Shown one piece after another: positions 29,301 to 38,341 of a DNA stretch of 64,000 nucleotides (positions within the stretch are counted from its first letter, which is position 1; each line of letters starts with the position of its first letter). The translations under genes and the position numbers were made by a program. The notes under the pieces were generated by a model that was not told the DNA's origin, did no database searches, and was given only the letters and a program-made list of their open reading frames with translations. The DNA lies in contig OY969474.1 of assembly GCA_963700145.1 (NCBI GenBank), forward strand, positions 4,512,001 through 4,576,000, given 5' to 3'. The DNA is from an uncultured Acidobacteriota bacterium. Lineage in GTDB: Bacteria; Acidobacteriota; Thermoanaerobaculia; Multivoradales; UBA5704.

Positions 29301-29498
29301 AAAGTCACCGCGCCACGGAACGAACTTTTCCGCCTCCGAGGAGCCGTGCGGCAGGAGCAAGACGGCCCGGATCGCCGCCGCGAGCGAGGACTTTCCGAGG
29401 TCGTTCGGGCCGTAGAGGATGTTGAGCCCGGGACCGAGCTCCACCTCCGCATGCTCGATCCCGCAGAAGTGATCGACCACGAGGCGGACGAAGCGCAC
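26304..29498 (-). CDS. SMC/SbcC-like (YhaN-type) coiled-coil ABC ATPase
   Basis: YGPNDLGKSS Walker A, a long Ala/Glu coiled coil, LSVGTRDQ signature and IILDDQLVQSD Walker B; GTG at 29498 is 2 nt after the nuclease stop. Confidence 0.85.
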   Translation of the reverse strand: MRFVRLVVDHFCGIEHAEVELGPGLNILYGPNDLGKSSLAAAIRAVLLLPHGSSEAEKFVPWRGDFSPEVKLTFADADDRLWRVTKSFGGSRGGSSFLESSKDGRDFLNETKGREVDERLRKMLEWGAPLAGARAGAPRGLPQTFLSHVLLAEQTDVAAILEESLEMDPDPGESGRLRLTRALQGLARDPRFKRLLDQAEAECDQHFSPTGKLKRGKSSPMTQAAEQVTRLRDDLDALSEQLRSTEEVESRLRALRDSVGNLAERRHEADERLTRVRRLAAALHGLDQAREALRRIEEERARVGAKEQELGALVAATAAQEASLTEARAAEDAARAAFAAAREAHAEATSEKAASKRALKVAKLEQALAATEVRRGGIVARQKAAEHARGCAAGVTKLEAQNAEIEGKAVAARARLSKADQALAEARAQREQLQGLLAYGRWSEAAEALSTLLQARQQAAELQAKAQGASQEAAQLRSAVAARSLPEAGTIKALHELHGELERAEAALGGGLSATISLRKSGIEVEVRVDGGEPSRAGADLTVDANRAIELSIEDVAEVRVVAGDAGNRRRAEALRQRWNAEAQPVLILAGLDSVAALSEARAHADGTLRQAEQLDKDARHDLEKASALESRSAEVPRHESRVRELEAALEGRDRQALATIVKTVGPGWESQTENAAKDLDRAEIKARADRDAASAELAGLGGQITQITASLAAAREESERARAALAGDPEALLRTVTTDIAALDVEAGGIKAELLALQGAGSNAVSAAKSRMDAAEQALSTAVDATKTADTAATEGRSKRDQARGELEAQKKHAESLPLRQAEEEVRVQQATLAALDAPDPPTTEADVQAAEKAASTLEAELTEKKGELHQVEGELLRVGGKVARDRQAPLQAALDEAADRQHTLELDAEGWKLLRDTLKDCEASGAQHLGRALGGEVARRFGELTQGRYGDLDMSPHLRVQNIAAGGGQRAVDVLSVGTRDQLATLLRLAIAERIGSAIILDDQLVQSDQTRLEWFRAALHQAAALVQVVVLTCRQDDYMNPAGQSASIRRIDLTEKIRRAG

Positions 29499-29500
29499 CC

Positions 29501-30643
29501 TCAGGCCACCTTCCGCACCAGCGTGTAGAGGTGGTAGAGAGCCCGCCGTGCGACCTCGGCCTGCGGGCCTGTCTCCAGGTCCTGGAGGCGTCGCACCGTC
29601 TCGAGCACTGCGTCGGGCATGTCGGTGAAGAGCTGGTCGATGTTGCGGGTGTCGAGCTCGAGGAGCGATCGGTCGCACCTCAGGATGCCGACCTTGGGCC
29701 GCACAGCCTCGCTCCCTGCGAGCTCACCGAGGATCCGCTCGGCCTCTTCGTACTCGGCAGCGGGGAGGCTCGCGGCTATGGTGAGCTCGAGGACTCGCTG
29801 GGAGAGGTCGGGACGCGCGGCAAGCGCCCGCAAGGCTTCGAGACTCTCGACCCGGATCGACTCCCATCGCCACTTCGCGACGCGCTCCTTCTCGACCCGC
29901 ACCCGCCGGCGCTGGGTGATGAAGACGAGGGCAACGTGTCCGGGATCCTTGTCGCCGAAGGTTGTGGGCTCGGGTGCGCCGGGATACACAGTGGGCTTGT
30001 CGGCGGGCGGAAAGACGCGGAAACCGTGCGTGTCGCCGATTGCGAGGTAGTCGAACCCGCGCTGGACGGCCGCGTCGGGCGCGATGGGGAAGTTCGTCTG
30101 GTAGTCGTCCATCTCGAACGTGCTGCCGTGGACGAGGCCCACCCGGATGCGTTCGTCCCCGAGCGCGCGGGCCGGAAGAGCGAGGGCGATGTCCTTGCTC
30201 TGAGCGGAAGACCGGCACGGGGTGGCATGTAGCTCGGCGCCGTCCTTGAGCTGGAACGTGAAATCGTCACGGTCGATCACGTGGACGTGCGCCGGAAGCT
30301 TCCTGCGGAAGGACCCAGTGGGATCCCAGACCGAGTCCGGCAACAGCGGGTCGTGATTGCCGGGCAGTAGGAAGACGGGGCGGTGCGGTGAGGCGCGGCG
30401 CGCGATCAGGCTCGCGAGACCGTCTGCCCACTTGGGATCGGGCCTCGGCTCGTCGAAGAGGTCGCCCGCGCAGAGGACGGCGTCCGCCTCGTAGCGATCG
30501 GCGACGCCGAAGATCTGCTCGACGACGTCCAGGCGAGCGCGCATCAGCTCGAGCTCCTGTTCGTCGCTAAAGCCACGGAACCGCATCCCCAGATGCCAGT
30601 CGGCGGTGTGCACCAGTGTGAGGGCCACGTCGTCCTCCGTCAT
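29501..30643 (-). CDS. Mre11/SbcD-like (YhaO-type) metallophosphoesterase nuclease
   Basis: HTADWHLG, AGDLFD, PGNHD, VHGS, AIGDTH and YPGAPEP motifs; ATGA overlap with the helicase stop. Confidence 0.88.
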   Translation of the reverse strand: MTEDDVALTLVHTADWHLGMRFRGFSDEQELELMRARLDVVEQIFGVADRYEADAVLCAGDLFDEPRPDPKWADGLASLIARRASPHRPVFLLPGNHDPLLPDSVWDPTGSFRRKLPAHVHVIDRDDFTFQLKDGAELHATPCRSSAQSKDIALALPARALGDERIRVGLVHGSTFEMDDYQTNFPIAPDAAVQRGFDYLAIGDTHGFRVFPPADKPTVYPGAPEPTTFGDKDPGHVALVFITQRRRVRVEKERVAKWRWESIRVESLEALRALAARPDLSQRVLELTIAASLPAAEYEEAERILGELAGSEAVRPKVGILRCDRSLLELDTRNIDQLFTDMPDAVLETVRRLQDLETGPQAEVARRALYHLYTLVRKVA

Positions 30644-33606
30644 TCGAGGAGCATCTCCAGCTCGAAGAGCCGTTCTACAGTGGCGGTCGAGTACCGGCGC
30701 GCGAGGAGCCGCTCTCGACAGCGGCGGTAGGTGTCGTCGTCGCGCCGCTCCAGCCGGTCGATCTCTGCTTCGATCGCCTCGATCTCGACCGCCAGCCTTC
30801 CGAGCAGGCCCTCCGCCTCTTCGCGGGCGTCCAAGCTGAGCGCCGCGTCCCGCCGCGCGCGTGCCTCCTCGCTGCGACGCTCGAGGTCGCCTCGGTCGCG
30901 GCGGCGCAGGAGGAGCCGATCCTCGATGTACCGCTCCACCTGCTCGAGCCCACGGTCGAAGCGCCCCGCCTCGCCGCTCGTCGCCGCCTGCCGGTCCGCA
31001 AAGAGCGCCTCCTCGACGATGTCCTCGAAGACCTCGTCGGGAGCCACCCCAACGAGCCCCTCGGGCAGGTCGCTGATCTCGGACAGCAGCAGCGCCTCGC
31101 CGAGGTGCGGAGCCAAAGCCGTCTCGTCGCCTTCAAAAAGCGCTACGGGGATGAGCCGCTCGACCGGTTCGAGGCCCTCGTAGCGGACCCGCAGGAGCGC
31201 GAACCGGCCGCGACGGCTGCGACGAGCGACGAGCTCGGCCGGTGCCTCGGGGCCGAGCCTGATGGTCACCGCCCGCTTGCCGTCGCGCGGAGTGCGGGCG
31301 GCTGCGATTGCAGAGAGGACGAGCGGATGAGAGAGGTGAAGGGACTCGTCCGTCCCGCCGGAGGAGCCCACGGCTACCGCGAGCCCCTCACGAAGCCCCT
31401 CCGGAAGCGCCGCGCAGGGCTCGACTCGGAGGAAGGTCCCGCTCTCGCCAACAACCCTCTCCCAGCCGGCACCGATGGCCGCCAGGTAGGAGGTGACGAG
31501 TCGCTCCATGTCCGCGTCGAACTCCGCGAGCGCAGCGGGAAGCTCGTCGCGCCGCTTCGCAAAAACGCCGCGGACCTCCTCGTCGAAGGCGCTCTCGATG
31601 AGGCGGGCCGTCTTGTTGCGCTCGTCCTCGAAGCGCTCGCGCTTCTCGCCGACGCTGTCGCGTAGCTGCCGCAGCTCGGCCTCCACCTCGTCGATCGTTC
31701 GCGCGCGCTCCCAGATCCGGTTGAGGCTCGCCTCCAGCTCGACGCCGAACGTCCCGGCCAGCACTTCAGGCGTCGGCTCACCAGCTCGGTGCAGGACGAC
31801 GTCCGAGGCATCGAGCACGGTCCCGAAGAGGTCGAGCTTGCGGCTCAGGATGTCGAAGGTGAGGCGCGCGGCCTCGTTGTCCCGGGCGAGGAAGTTGATG
31901 ACGGTGACGTCGCGCTCCTGGCCGTAGCGGTGGCAGCGGCCGATGCGCTGCTCGATGCGCTGTGGGTTCCAGGGCAGGTCGTAGTTGACGACTGTCTCGC
32001 AGAACTGGAGGTTCAGGCCCTTGGCGCCAGCTTCGGTCGACACCAGGACCTTCGAGCGGGTCTTGAACTCGTGGACGAGGGCAAGCCGAACCGCCACGTC
32101 GCGGCTTGGTCGCGAGTGGGTGGAGAGCTCAGAGCCGACCTCATCCCACCAGCGATCGAGTGCTTGACGTGCGCGCGGGGTGGCGTTGTCGCCGCGAAAC
32201 AGCGTGACCTCCTCGTCTTGCACGAGGCCGCTGCCGATTAGAAGGCTCCGCAGGTATTCCTGAGTGACGAGCGACTCGGTGAAGATGACGACCTTGCCGC
32301 TGCCCTCGCCGCGGCGGCCGCGATCGAAGATCAAGCGGACGGCCTTGAGGAGGGCGCGCGACTTACCGTCGTCGCGAAGGGCGTTGGCCCGGCGAATGAA
32401 GTCCTCGACTCTCGCGAGCTCGCCGCGGGCATTCTCTGGCGCCACCGCAGCGGGGGTCGAGCCAGCTGCAGGCTCGTCGACTTGCTCGACCAGTTCCTCG
32501 TCCTCGAGATCCGCCACGAAATCGGCGCCGGCCGCCTCGGCTTCGGGCATGCCCTTCAGAAGGCGGCGTAGACGCCCTGCGACCTTCTCGAGGCTCGCCG
32601 CGAGGGCGGCGGTCGAGGAGGCCATGAGCCGATGAAATCCGATGAGGAGAAGCCGACGGTGGTTCCCCTGGAACGCAGCGAGGTTTGGCTCGAGGAGGTA
32701 GCGGGTGACGTCTTCGTAGAGGAGGCGCTCGTCGGCGCTCATCGGGTACTCGTAGAGCCGCGCCTGGCGGTCCACGAACGGCCGGCTCAGGAACTCCTGC
32801 GCCTGACGCCGCAGGGTCCGCTTGAGAACGACCTGAGTTCGACGGCGCAGCTCGTGCGACTGCCCCTCGGCCATGTCGCGCTCGTCGCGATCGCAGAAGG
32901 TGTCGCGGAAGGTGCGGAGGTCACCGAGGAGAGTGCCCGTCGGATCGACGAAGCGAACGAGCGCCCACAGCTCTGACAGGTTGTTCTGGATTGGCGTCGC
33001 CGTGAGGAGCAGGACGGGCGTGCGGCTCGCGCTAATCAGGTCGAAGATCCGGCCCGCCGTGCGCGCCGACGGCGATTCGTCGCGGAGGTTGCCGGCAGCG
33101 TCGAAGCGCCGGTGAAGGCCCGCGAAGCTCTCGTGGGCCTCGTCGATGACGATCAGGTCGAAGGGGTCGCTGGCGAGGAGCGCCGCCTGGCCGCGCTCGC
33201 CCCCGGCAGCCTCGCGCCCCGCCAGGAAGACACCGTCGCCCTCGAATGCTGCGGTGTCAGGCCGCCCTTCGCGCGCGTCGATGCCGAAGAGGGTGTAGAG
33301 CTCCTGCCGCCATTGGCCGAGGAGGGGCTTCGGCACGATCAGCAGGATGCGGCGAGCCCCCTCCGCGCGGAGCTGAGCGATGACCAACCCCGCCTCGATC
33401 GTCTTCCCGAGGCCCACCTCGTCGGCGAGGATGCAGCCGCCCTCCCCGAGCCTCGACAGGGCGAAGATGACGGCTTCGATCTGGTGGGGGTTGGCGTCGA
33501 TATGGCCCGACCGCTGCGGAGCGGCATAGCGGCGCAGCTCGTCGGAGCGGCGCAGGCGGACGAGGTCCTCTGCGTACCATCGCATCTGGAGAGGGTGCAG
33601 GGTCAC
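30640..33606 (-). CDS. SNF2-family helicase
   Basis: NPHQIEA, ILADEVGLGKTIEAG, IDEAH, LLTATPIQN, STEAGAKGLNLQ and YDLPWNPQRIEQRIGRCHRYGQ; coiled-coil C-terminus. Confidence 0.9.
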   Translation of the reverse strand: MTLHPLQMRWYAEDLVRLRRSDELRRYAAPQRSGHIDANPHQIEAVIFALSRLGEGGCILADEVGLGKTIEAGLVIAQLRAEGARRILLIVPKPLLGQWRQELYTLFGIDAREGRPDTAAFEGDGVFLAGREAAGGERGQAALLASDPFDLIVIDEAHESFAGLHRRFDAAGNLRDESPSARTAGRIFDLISASRTPVLLLTATPIQNNLSELWALVRFVDPTGTLLGDLRTFRDTFCDRDERDMAEGQSHELRRRTQVVLKRTLRRQAQEFLSRPFVDRQARLYEYPMSADERLLYEDVTRYLLEPNLAAFQGNHRRLLLIGFHRLMASSTAALAASLEKVAGRLRRLLKGMPEAEAAGADFVADLEDEELVEQVDEPAAGSTPAAVAPENARGELARVEDFIRRANALRDDGKSRALLKAVRLIFDRGRRGEGSGKVVIFTESLVTQEYLRSLLIGSGLVQDEEVTLFRGDNATPRARQALDRWWDEVGSELSTHSRPSRDVAVRLALVHEFKTRSKVLVSTEAGAKGLNLQFCETVVNYDLPWNPQRIEQRIGRCHRYGQERDVTVINFLARDNEAARLTFDILSRKLDLFGTVLDASDVVLHRAGEPTPEVLAGTFGVELEASLNRIWERARTIDEVEAELRQLRDSVGEKRERFEDERNKTARLIESAFDEEVRGVFAKRRDELPAALAEFDADMERLVTSYLAAIGAGWERVVGESGTFLRVEPCAALPEGLREGLAVAVGSSGGTDESLHLSHPLVLSAIAAARTPRDGKRAVTIRLGPEAPAELVARRSRRGRFALLRVRYEGLEPVERLIPVALFEGDETALAPHLGEALLLSEISDLPEGLVGVAPDEVFEDIVEEALFADRQAATSGEAGRFDRGLEQVERYIEDRLLLRRRDRGDLERRSEEARARRDAALSLDAREEAEGLLGRLAVEIEAIEAEIDRLERRDDDTYRRCRERLLARRYSTATVERLFELEMLLE

Positions 33607-33688
33607 TGAGTTCCTCGACAGCCGCCGATCTGACTCACTGCGGTCGCCTGTACGAGCTTCGCAGCTGGGCCCCTTGGCGCGCCCATGT

Positions 33689-35762
33689 TCACCCTCCGCC
33701 CAGCACCTTCATCGCCGCCGTCTTCGGATCCCCGTAGAAGATCGGATCGACGTGCTCCATGATGTCGGCGCTCACGTCGAGGAAGTTCCGCTTGTTCTCG
33801 ATCGGCACCAAGGCCCGCTTCGCGCCATTGTCCTTCGCGACCTGGAGGGGTTCGGTCAGGGAGCGAACCGGCTTGATGTTGCCTTGCACGCTGAGGTCCC
33901 CGAGGATGAGCAGGGCCGGGCTCATCGGAGCCTTGCGGAGGGCGGAGTAGGCGGCAACGAAGAAGGCGACACCGATCTCGGCTTCCACGCGATTGCCGAG
34001 GAGGTCGATCACCTCGACGTGGAGGTCGGAGTTGTCGAGATCGCGCGCGACGCCCAATTCGCTCTTCTTGGTCTGCAGGTAGCCGAAGGCGCGCTGCACC
34101 GACTCCTTCATCGCGCCGGCGAGCCCGCCCGCCATCTTGAGCTTGCCGGTGCCGGTGGAGACCGAAACCTCGAGCCGGTAGAGACCGACCGTGCCGTCCG
34201 ACGTGACGCCGGCGGTGTACACGGTGCCTGGCGCCAACGGGTCGGATGAGATGAGGTCGCGGCCACCCTGCTCCGGCACACCGACGAACCGCTCCTCGCC
34301 AGTCTGCTGGTCCGTGTAACTGAACGAGGTGTGGTAGTACTCGAAGGACCCCATCTTCTTGAGCTGCTCCTTCACCCGGCGCCGGCCTTCCAGGGCGAGC
34401 TCCAGGATCTCCGCCAGCTCGTCGGGCTCGATCTCGCCGTGCGGGAAGAGGATCTTCATGAGCCCGGAGACCGTCTTGCGCACAGCCTTGCGGTCGCGGG
34501 CGTTGAGGTGCGCTCCGAGAGCGAAGTGGCGGTCGATGACCTCGGTGAAGTTGTGCTTGCGGAGTTCCCGCAACGCCTCCGCCAGGTAGTCGACGACGAA
34601 TCCGTAGTGATCGGTGAACAGGTCGTTGCGCATCTTCGGGATCTCCCACCCGGGGAGATAGAAGTGCAGGCGGTCAATGAAGGCCATGTCCTCGCGGATG
34701 ACGTCGGGCATCGGCGCGAAGAGGTGACCGGTCTGTACCATCACGTCGATCGGCTGGTTGGTGTTGCCGAACATCGCGACGCTCGCCTCGCCCGAGGCCG
34801 CCTCGCTGCCACGCTGGTAGGTGCCCGACTCGCAGTAGGTCTTCATCGTCGTGACGACCTCCTTGGGCATCTTCTGGAGGTCGGCCACCTCGTCGAAACC
34901 GACGACGTCCCAGATCTGCACCATCCCCTTCTGGCGGCCGCTCATGTGACCGAAGAGATTGGCCACGGTCGTCGGCCCAGTCAGCAGCGCGGCGTAGGGG
35001 GACACCTCCTGGATCACGTAGCTCTTGCCAGTCCCGCGCGGGCCGAGCTCGACCAGGTTGAAGTTGCGCTCGGCCAGGGGCACGAGGCGGAGGAGGAAGA
35101 GCATCTTCAGGCGCCGCGTCATCGCGCTCGGCTCGTAGCCCATGCTCCGGACCATCAGGTCGAGCCACTCGTCGGTCGTGACCTCCCGCCGGAGGCGGCG
35201 GTACTCCTCGAGGTCGAACGTCGCGATCTGGATCGGGGTCAGCTTCTCGATCCAGAACGGGTTCTTGCCCTTGGTCTCCTCGTCGTACTCGAAGCGCATG
35301 TCCACCTGCGCCCAGACGCCGCCCATCACCAGGCGCTCGTAGTCGCGGACGTAGTGCTCGGGAATGTGGACGTTGCGGTGACCGAAGTTGTTGAGCTCGG
35401 CCCAGTAGTCGGAGTCGACGAGGCGCACCTTGACCTTGTCGATGAAGGTGTGCCGGCCGCGGTCCTTGACCTTGGCCTGGGCCTTCATCGACTCGTCGGA
35501 CCGGATGTAGTTGTTGGCGAGCGTGTCGTTGACGACCGGAGAGGCCCATCTGGATCGCGAGCTCGTCGCTCGACGCGCAGTACTTTCCGAGTAGGTACTC
35601 GAGGACGAACACAGGGACGTTGGCGCCGACCTTCACCTTGCGGACGAGATCCTTGCGGACGACCTTTCCGGCGAAGAGCCGATTGACCTTGTCGTCGAGC
35701 GGGTCCCTCGGCGGGATCGCGGGGCCCGTGGCCGTCCCATTCAGTGCAGTGCCGTCGCTCAT
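33689..35762 (-). pseudogene. brxL: BREX Lon-like protein BrxL, split by a +1 frameshift near 35540 (true mutation or sequencing error)
   Basis: N-terminal FAGKVVRKDL..GANVPVFVLEYLLGKYC lies in one frame; VVNDTLANNYI..ELGPRGTGKS..VGFDEV and the Lon-like C-domain lie in the next; the junction ctc tcc g gtc gtc carries one extra base. Confidence 0.85.
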
Positions 35763-35767
35763 GGTCG

Positions 35768-38341
35768 TCAGACTCCGAGTCGAACCGGAATGTCGGTGGG
35801 TGAACGGTAGAGCTCGGCGTCGCTCGCCGGGTCCTGGACGACGACCCGAACGGTGTCCGCTGTCTCGTCTGCCAGCAGCAGGGCGACGGTCACCGGTCGC
35901 CCGGCCTCGATCGTGACGCACCCGGTGGCGCGATCGAATGGCGCGTCGACCACCATGCCCGCCTGCCCGACCTGTCGTCCGCCGGCGACGAGAAGCGGCC
36001 GCACGACCGCTCCGCCACCGGCGAGCGTCATCTGGGCTCCGAGCGACACCGTGACGCTGAAGATGCGGTTCGTCACGACCTCGGGAAGCCCGCTCACGAC
36101 CACACGGGCGGCCCCACTGGATGGTAGAGCGCCCGGGGCCGATCGCCCCGGCGTGCGCAGGGTCAGAACGGGGATCACGACCTCCTGGAGCGACGGTCCG
36201 CCGTGGTGGAACGCGAGATCGCCGCCGGCTCGAAAGACGGCAGCACCGCCGGGGAAGACGAGGTCGAGGTCGGACTCGTAGCCCAGGGTCGTCGCTGAAA
36301 TGCGAAAACACCCGGGCGGGGTCGCCCCGCCTCGTCCGATCCAGCACCTCCGGTGGAGATCCACGGTCTGACCTCCGGGAGAGTCGACGCGCATCGACTC
36401 ATCGCGGTCCGATGCAAAGAAGAGGTGGCCGTGATCGGCCGTCACGACCGCGCTCTCCACCCCTGCATTCGCGAGCTTGCGAATCGCGCGGGCCAGGTTC
36501 TCGATCACCGTGTCCATGACCTGGCGCGCCTGGAAGGTGAAGCCGGTCTCGCCCGCGTGGTCGATCTCCTGCGAGCGTACGAGGACGACCGGCGCGTTCT
36601 CGACCTTCTTGGCGAGCTTGGTCGGCGTGAGACTCAGAAGTTCGTCGAGTGCCAGGTCGACCATCCCCGGGACTCGGGCTGCCGTCCACTTGCGGCGCGC
36701 CGCGAGATCCGGGAGCAGGTTTCCCTCGATGCGCGCTCCGAACTTGCCTCCCTGCTCGGCGATGGAGAAGCTGCCCGAGGCTCCCGGGAGGAGCGCGGCC
36801 ATACCGATCGGCGTAATGCTCGGTAGCACGCCGATCGCGGGTCGCAGCGACACCTCGGAACCGCCGGGTAAGCGGGCGGCCAGCTCGGCGCCCATCTCAT
36901 AACGCATGGCGTCGACGAGGAAATAGGCGCAGGGCTTCGGCCTCACCGAGATGACGCCGCTCCACAGGTCCGTCTGGTGCAGAGTGTCCGGCACCGACCA
37001 AGCGGCCTCCCCCAGCGCGCGCACGAAGCCCTTCGCCATCGCCTGGCAGGCGTCCTCGTAGGCGCGGCGAGCGATACCGAGTGGCTTCTCGGCAGGCTCG
37101 TCGTCGAGGTTAGCGACCCATGCTTCGAGCCGGCGCTGAGTCTGGTCGAGCCGATACCAGCCGGCGTTCGGATCGGTGTAGGCGGACACCCAGCTCGCTG
37201 CGTCCCCCCGAAACTTCGCAACGGCATCCCTGACCTCGATCGCGCGAGCCCCCAGCTCCGCCATCTGGCGCACCGCTTCCCACTGAGCCTTGCGGGCTAC
37301 GACGCGATCTAGCCAGAAGCAGTGATCGCGGGCCACGACGACGCCGAGCGCCTCGGAATGGCGACCCGCCGCGACGAGCTCGCCGGCGTGCTCGAGGAGC
37401 CTGCGCTCCTCGAATCGGAAGGTGTCGATCGATCCCAGCGCTTCGGCGGGCAGGTGTGCGCTGGCGAGACCGAGTTCCTTTTCTACCCCATCCGCGAGCC
37501 GCTCGTAGGCCTCCGGGTGTGTCGTCCGGAGGAGCGCGGCGAGCTGGCGCACGCCGACAACCTCCTCTTTGGAAGGAACTCCTGGAACGCCTTCGAGGGA
37601 GGCCGGCGGGGCGCAGGCGAGGTCGGAGCGGAGCTCGCCGACAAGCAGGTACCGGATGGTGATGGCTCGCAGCTTGGCCACGGGCGCGTCGGCGGACAGG
37701 TCGAGGCCGAGCCGCGCGCGCACGAGCTTGGCCAGCTCCGGCGTCGCGCTCTTGGCCGCAATCGCCTGGTCGTGGGAGTCGCTCGCGAGCCAGGCAGCGA
37801 GCAGGTTGTCGTGGCTGAGCAGCCCCTTCGCCTGCTCAGAGAAGACGGTCTTGAGGACCGAGGGTGCCTCGTCCCCATTTCCCGAGGCGGCTCGTGCGAG
37901 GTCGTGGTAGGAGAGCCCTCGGTCGACCGACAGTAGCTCGTCGACGACGCCGAGGGTGAACCTCTGGAGCAGAAGGTTCCGGGCGAGCTGCCGGAGCTGC
38001 GGCTCCCAGGTCGCCCCCGCCTTCTCGAGCTCCATCAGCACGGAGCCACGCCGGTCGCGTGCCGTGTACGGCAGGTAAAGCACGACCGGCTCCGGTCGGT
38101 CGCTGCAGACCAGCGGCTCGACCGCACTGCGCAGCTCGAAGAGCGAGGCAGAAGACTCCACGAGGTGGACCCTTCGGTCCCCTAGCTGGATCTCGACGGG
38201 CCCACTGCCTCCCGCAGCGCCGCGACGCAGCTCTTCGACGAACGGCGCGAGCTCGGCACGCTCGTCGTACCAGACGACCACGCCTCGGGTGGCGATCTTG
38301 TCGCCGAGTTGCTTCGCGACGTACTCGTGGAGCGGGTGCAT
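35768..38341 (-). CDS. pglZ: BREX PglZ alkaline-phosphatase-domain protein
   Basis: VVVWYD, FLVDAMRYEMG, LPSITPIGMAALLP, IDHAGE, VTADHGH and FHHGGPSLQEVVIP; ATG overlaps the pglX TGA. Confidence 0.92.
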   Translation of the reverse strand: MHPLHEYVAKQLGDKIATRGVVVWYDERAELAPFVEELRRGAAGGSGPVEIQLGDRRVHLVESSASLFELRSAVEPLVCSDRPEPVVLYLPYTARDRRGSVLMELEKAGATWEPQLRQLARNLLLQRFTLGVVDELLSVDRGLSYHDLARAASGNGDEAPSVLKTVFSEQAKGLLSHDNLLAAWLASDSHDQAIAAKSATPELAKLVRARLGLDLSADAPVAKLRAITIRYLLVGELRSDLACAPPASLEGVPGVPSKEEVVGVRQLAALLRTTHPEAYERLADGVEKELGLASAHLPAEALGSIDTFRFEERRLLEHAGELVAAGRHSEALGVVVARDHCFWLDRVVARKAQWEAVRQMAELGARAIEVRDAVAKFRGDAASWVSAYTDPNAGWYRLDQTQRRLEAWVANLDDEPAEKPLGIARRAYEDACQAMAKGFVRALGEAAWSVPDTLHQTDLWSGVISVRPKPCAYFLVDAMRYEMGAELAARLPGGSEVSLRPAIGVLPSITPIGMAALLPGASGSFSIAEQGGKFGARIEGNLLPDLAARRKWTAARVPGMVDLALDELLSLTPTKLAKKVENAPVVLVRSQEIDHAGETGFTFQARQVMDTVIENLARAIRKLANAGVESAVVTADHGHLFFASDRDESMRVDSPGGQTVDLHRRCWIGRGGATPPGCFRISATTLGYESDLDLVFPGGAAVFRAGGDLAFHHGGPSLQEVVIPVLTLRTPGRSAPGALPSSGAARVVVSGLPEVVTNRIFSVTVSLGAQMTLAGGGAVVRPLLVAGGRQVGQAGMVVDAPFDRATGCVTIEAGRPVTVALLLADETADTVRVVVQDPASDAELYRSPTDIPVRLGV

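Noticed and set aside
26304-30643. Assignment to Wadjet, Lamassu or housekeeping sbcCD
   Set aside because: No kleisin, kite or JetD genes, no LmuA/LmuC-type genes recognised, no CxxC zinc hook, and the context is a mobile island.
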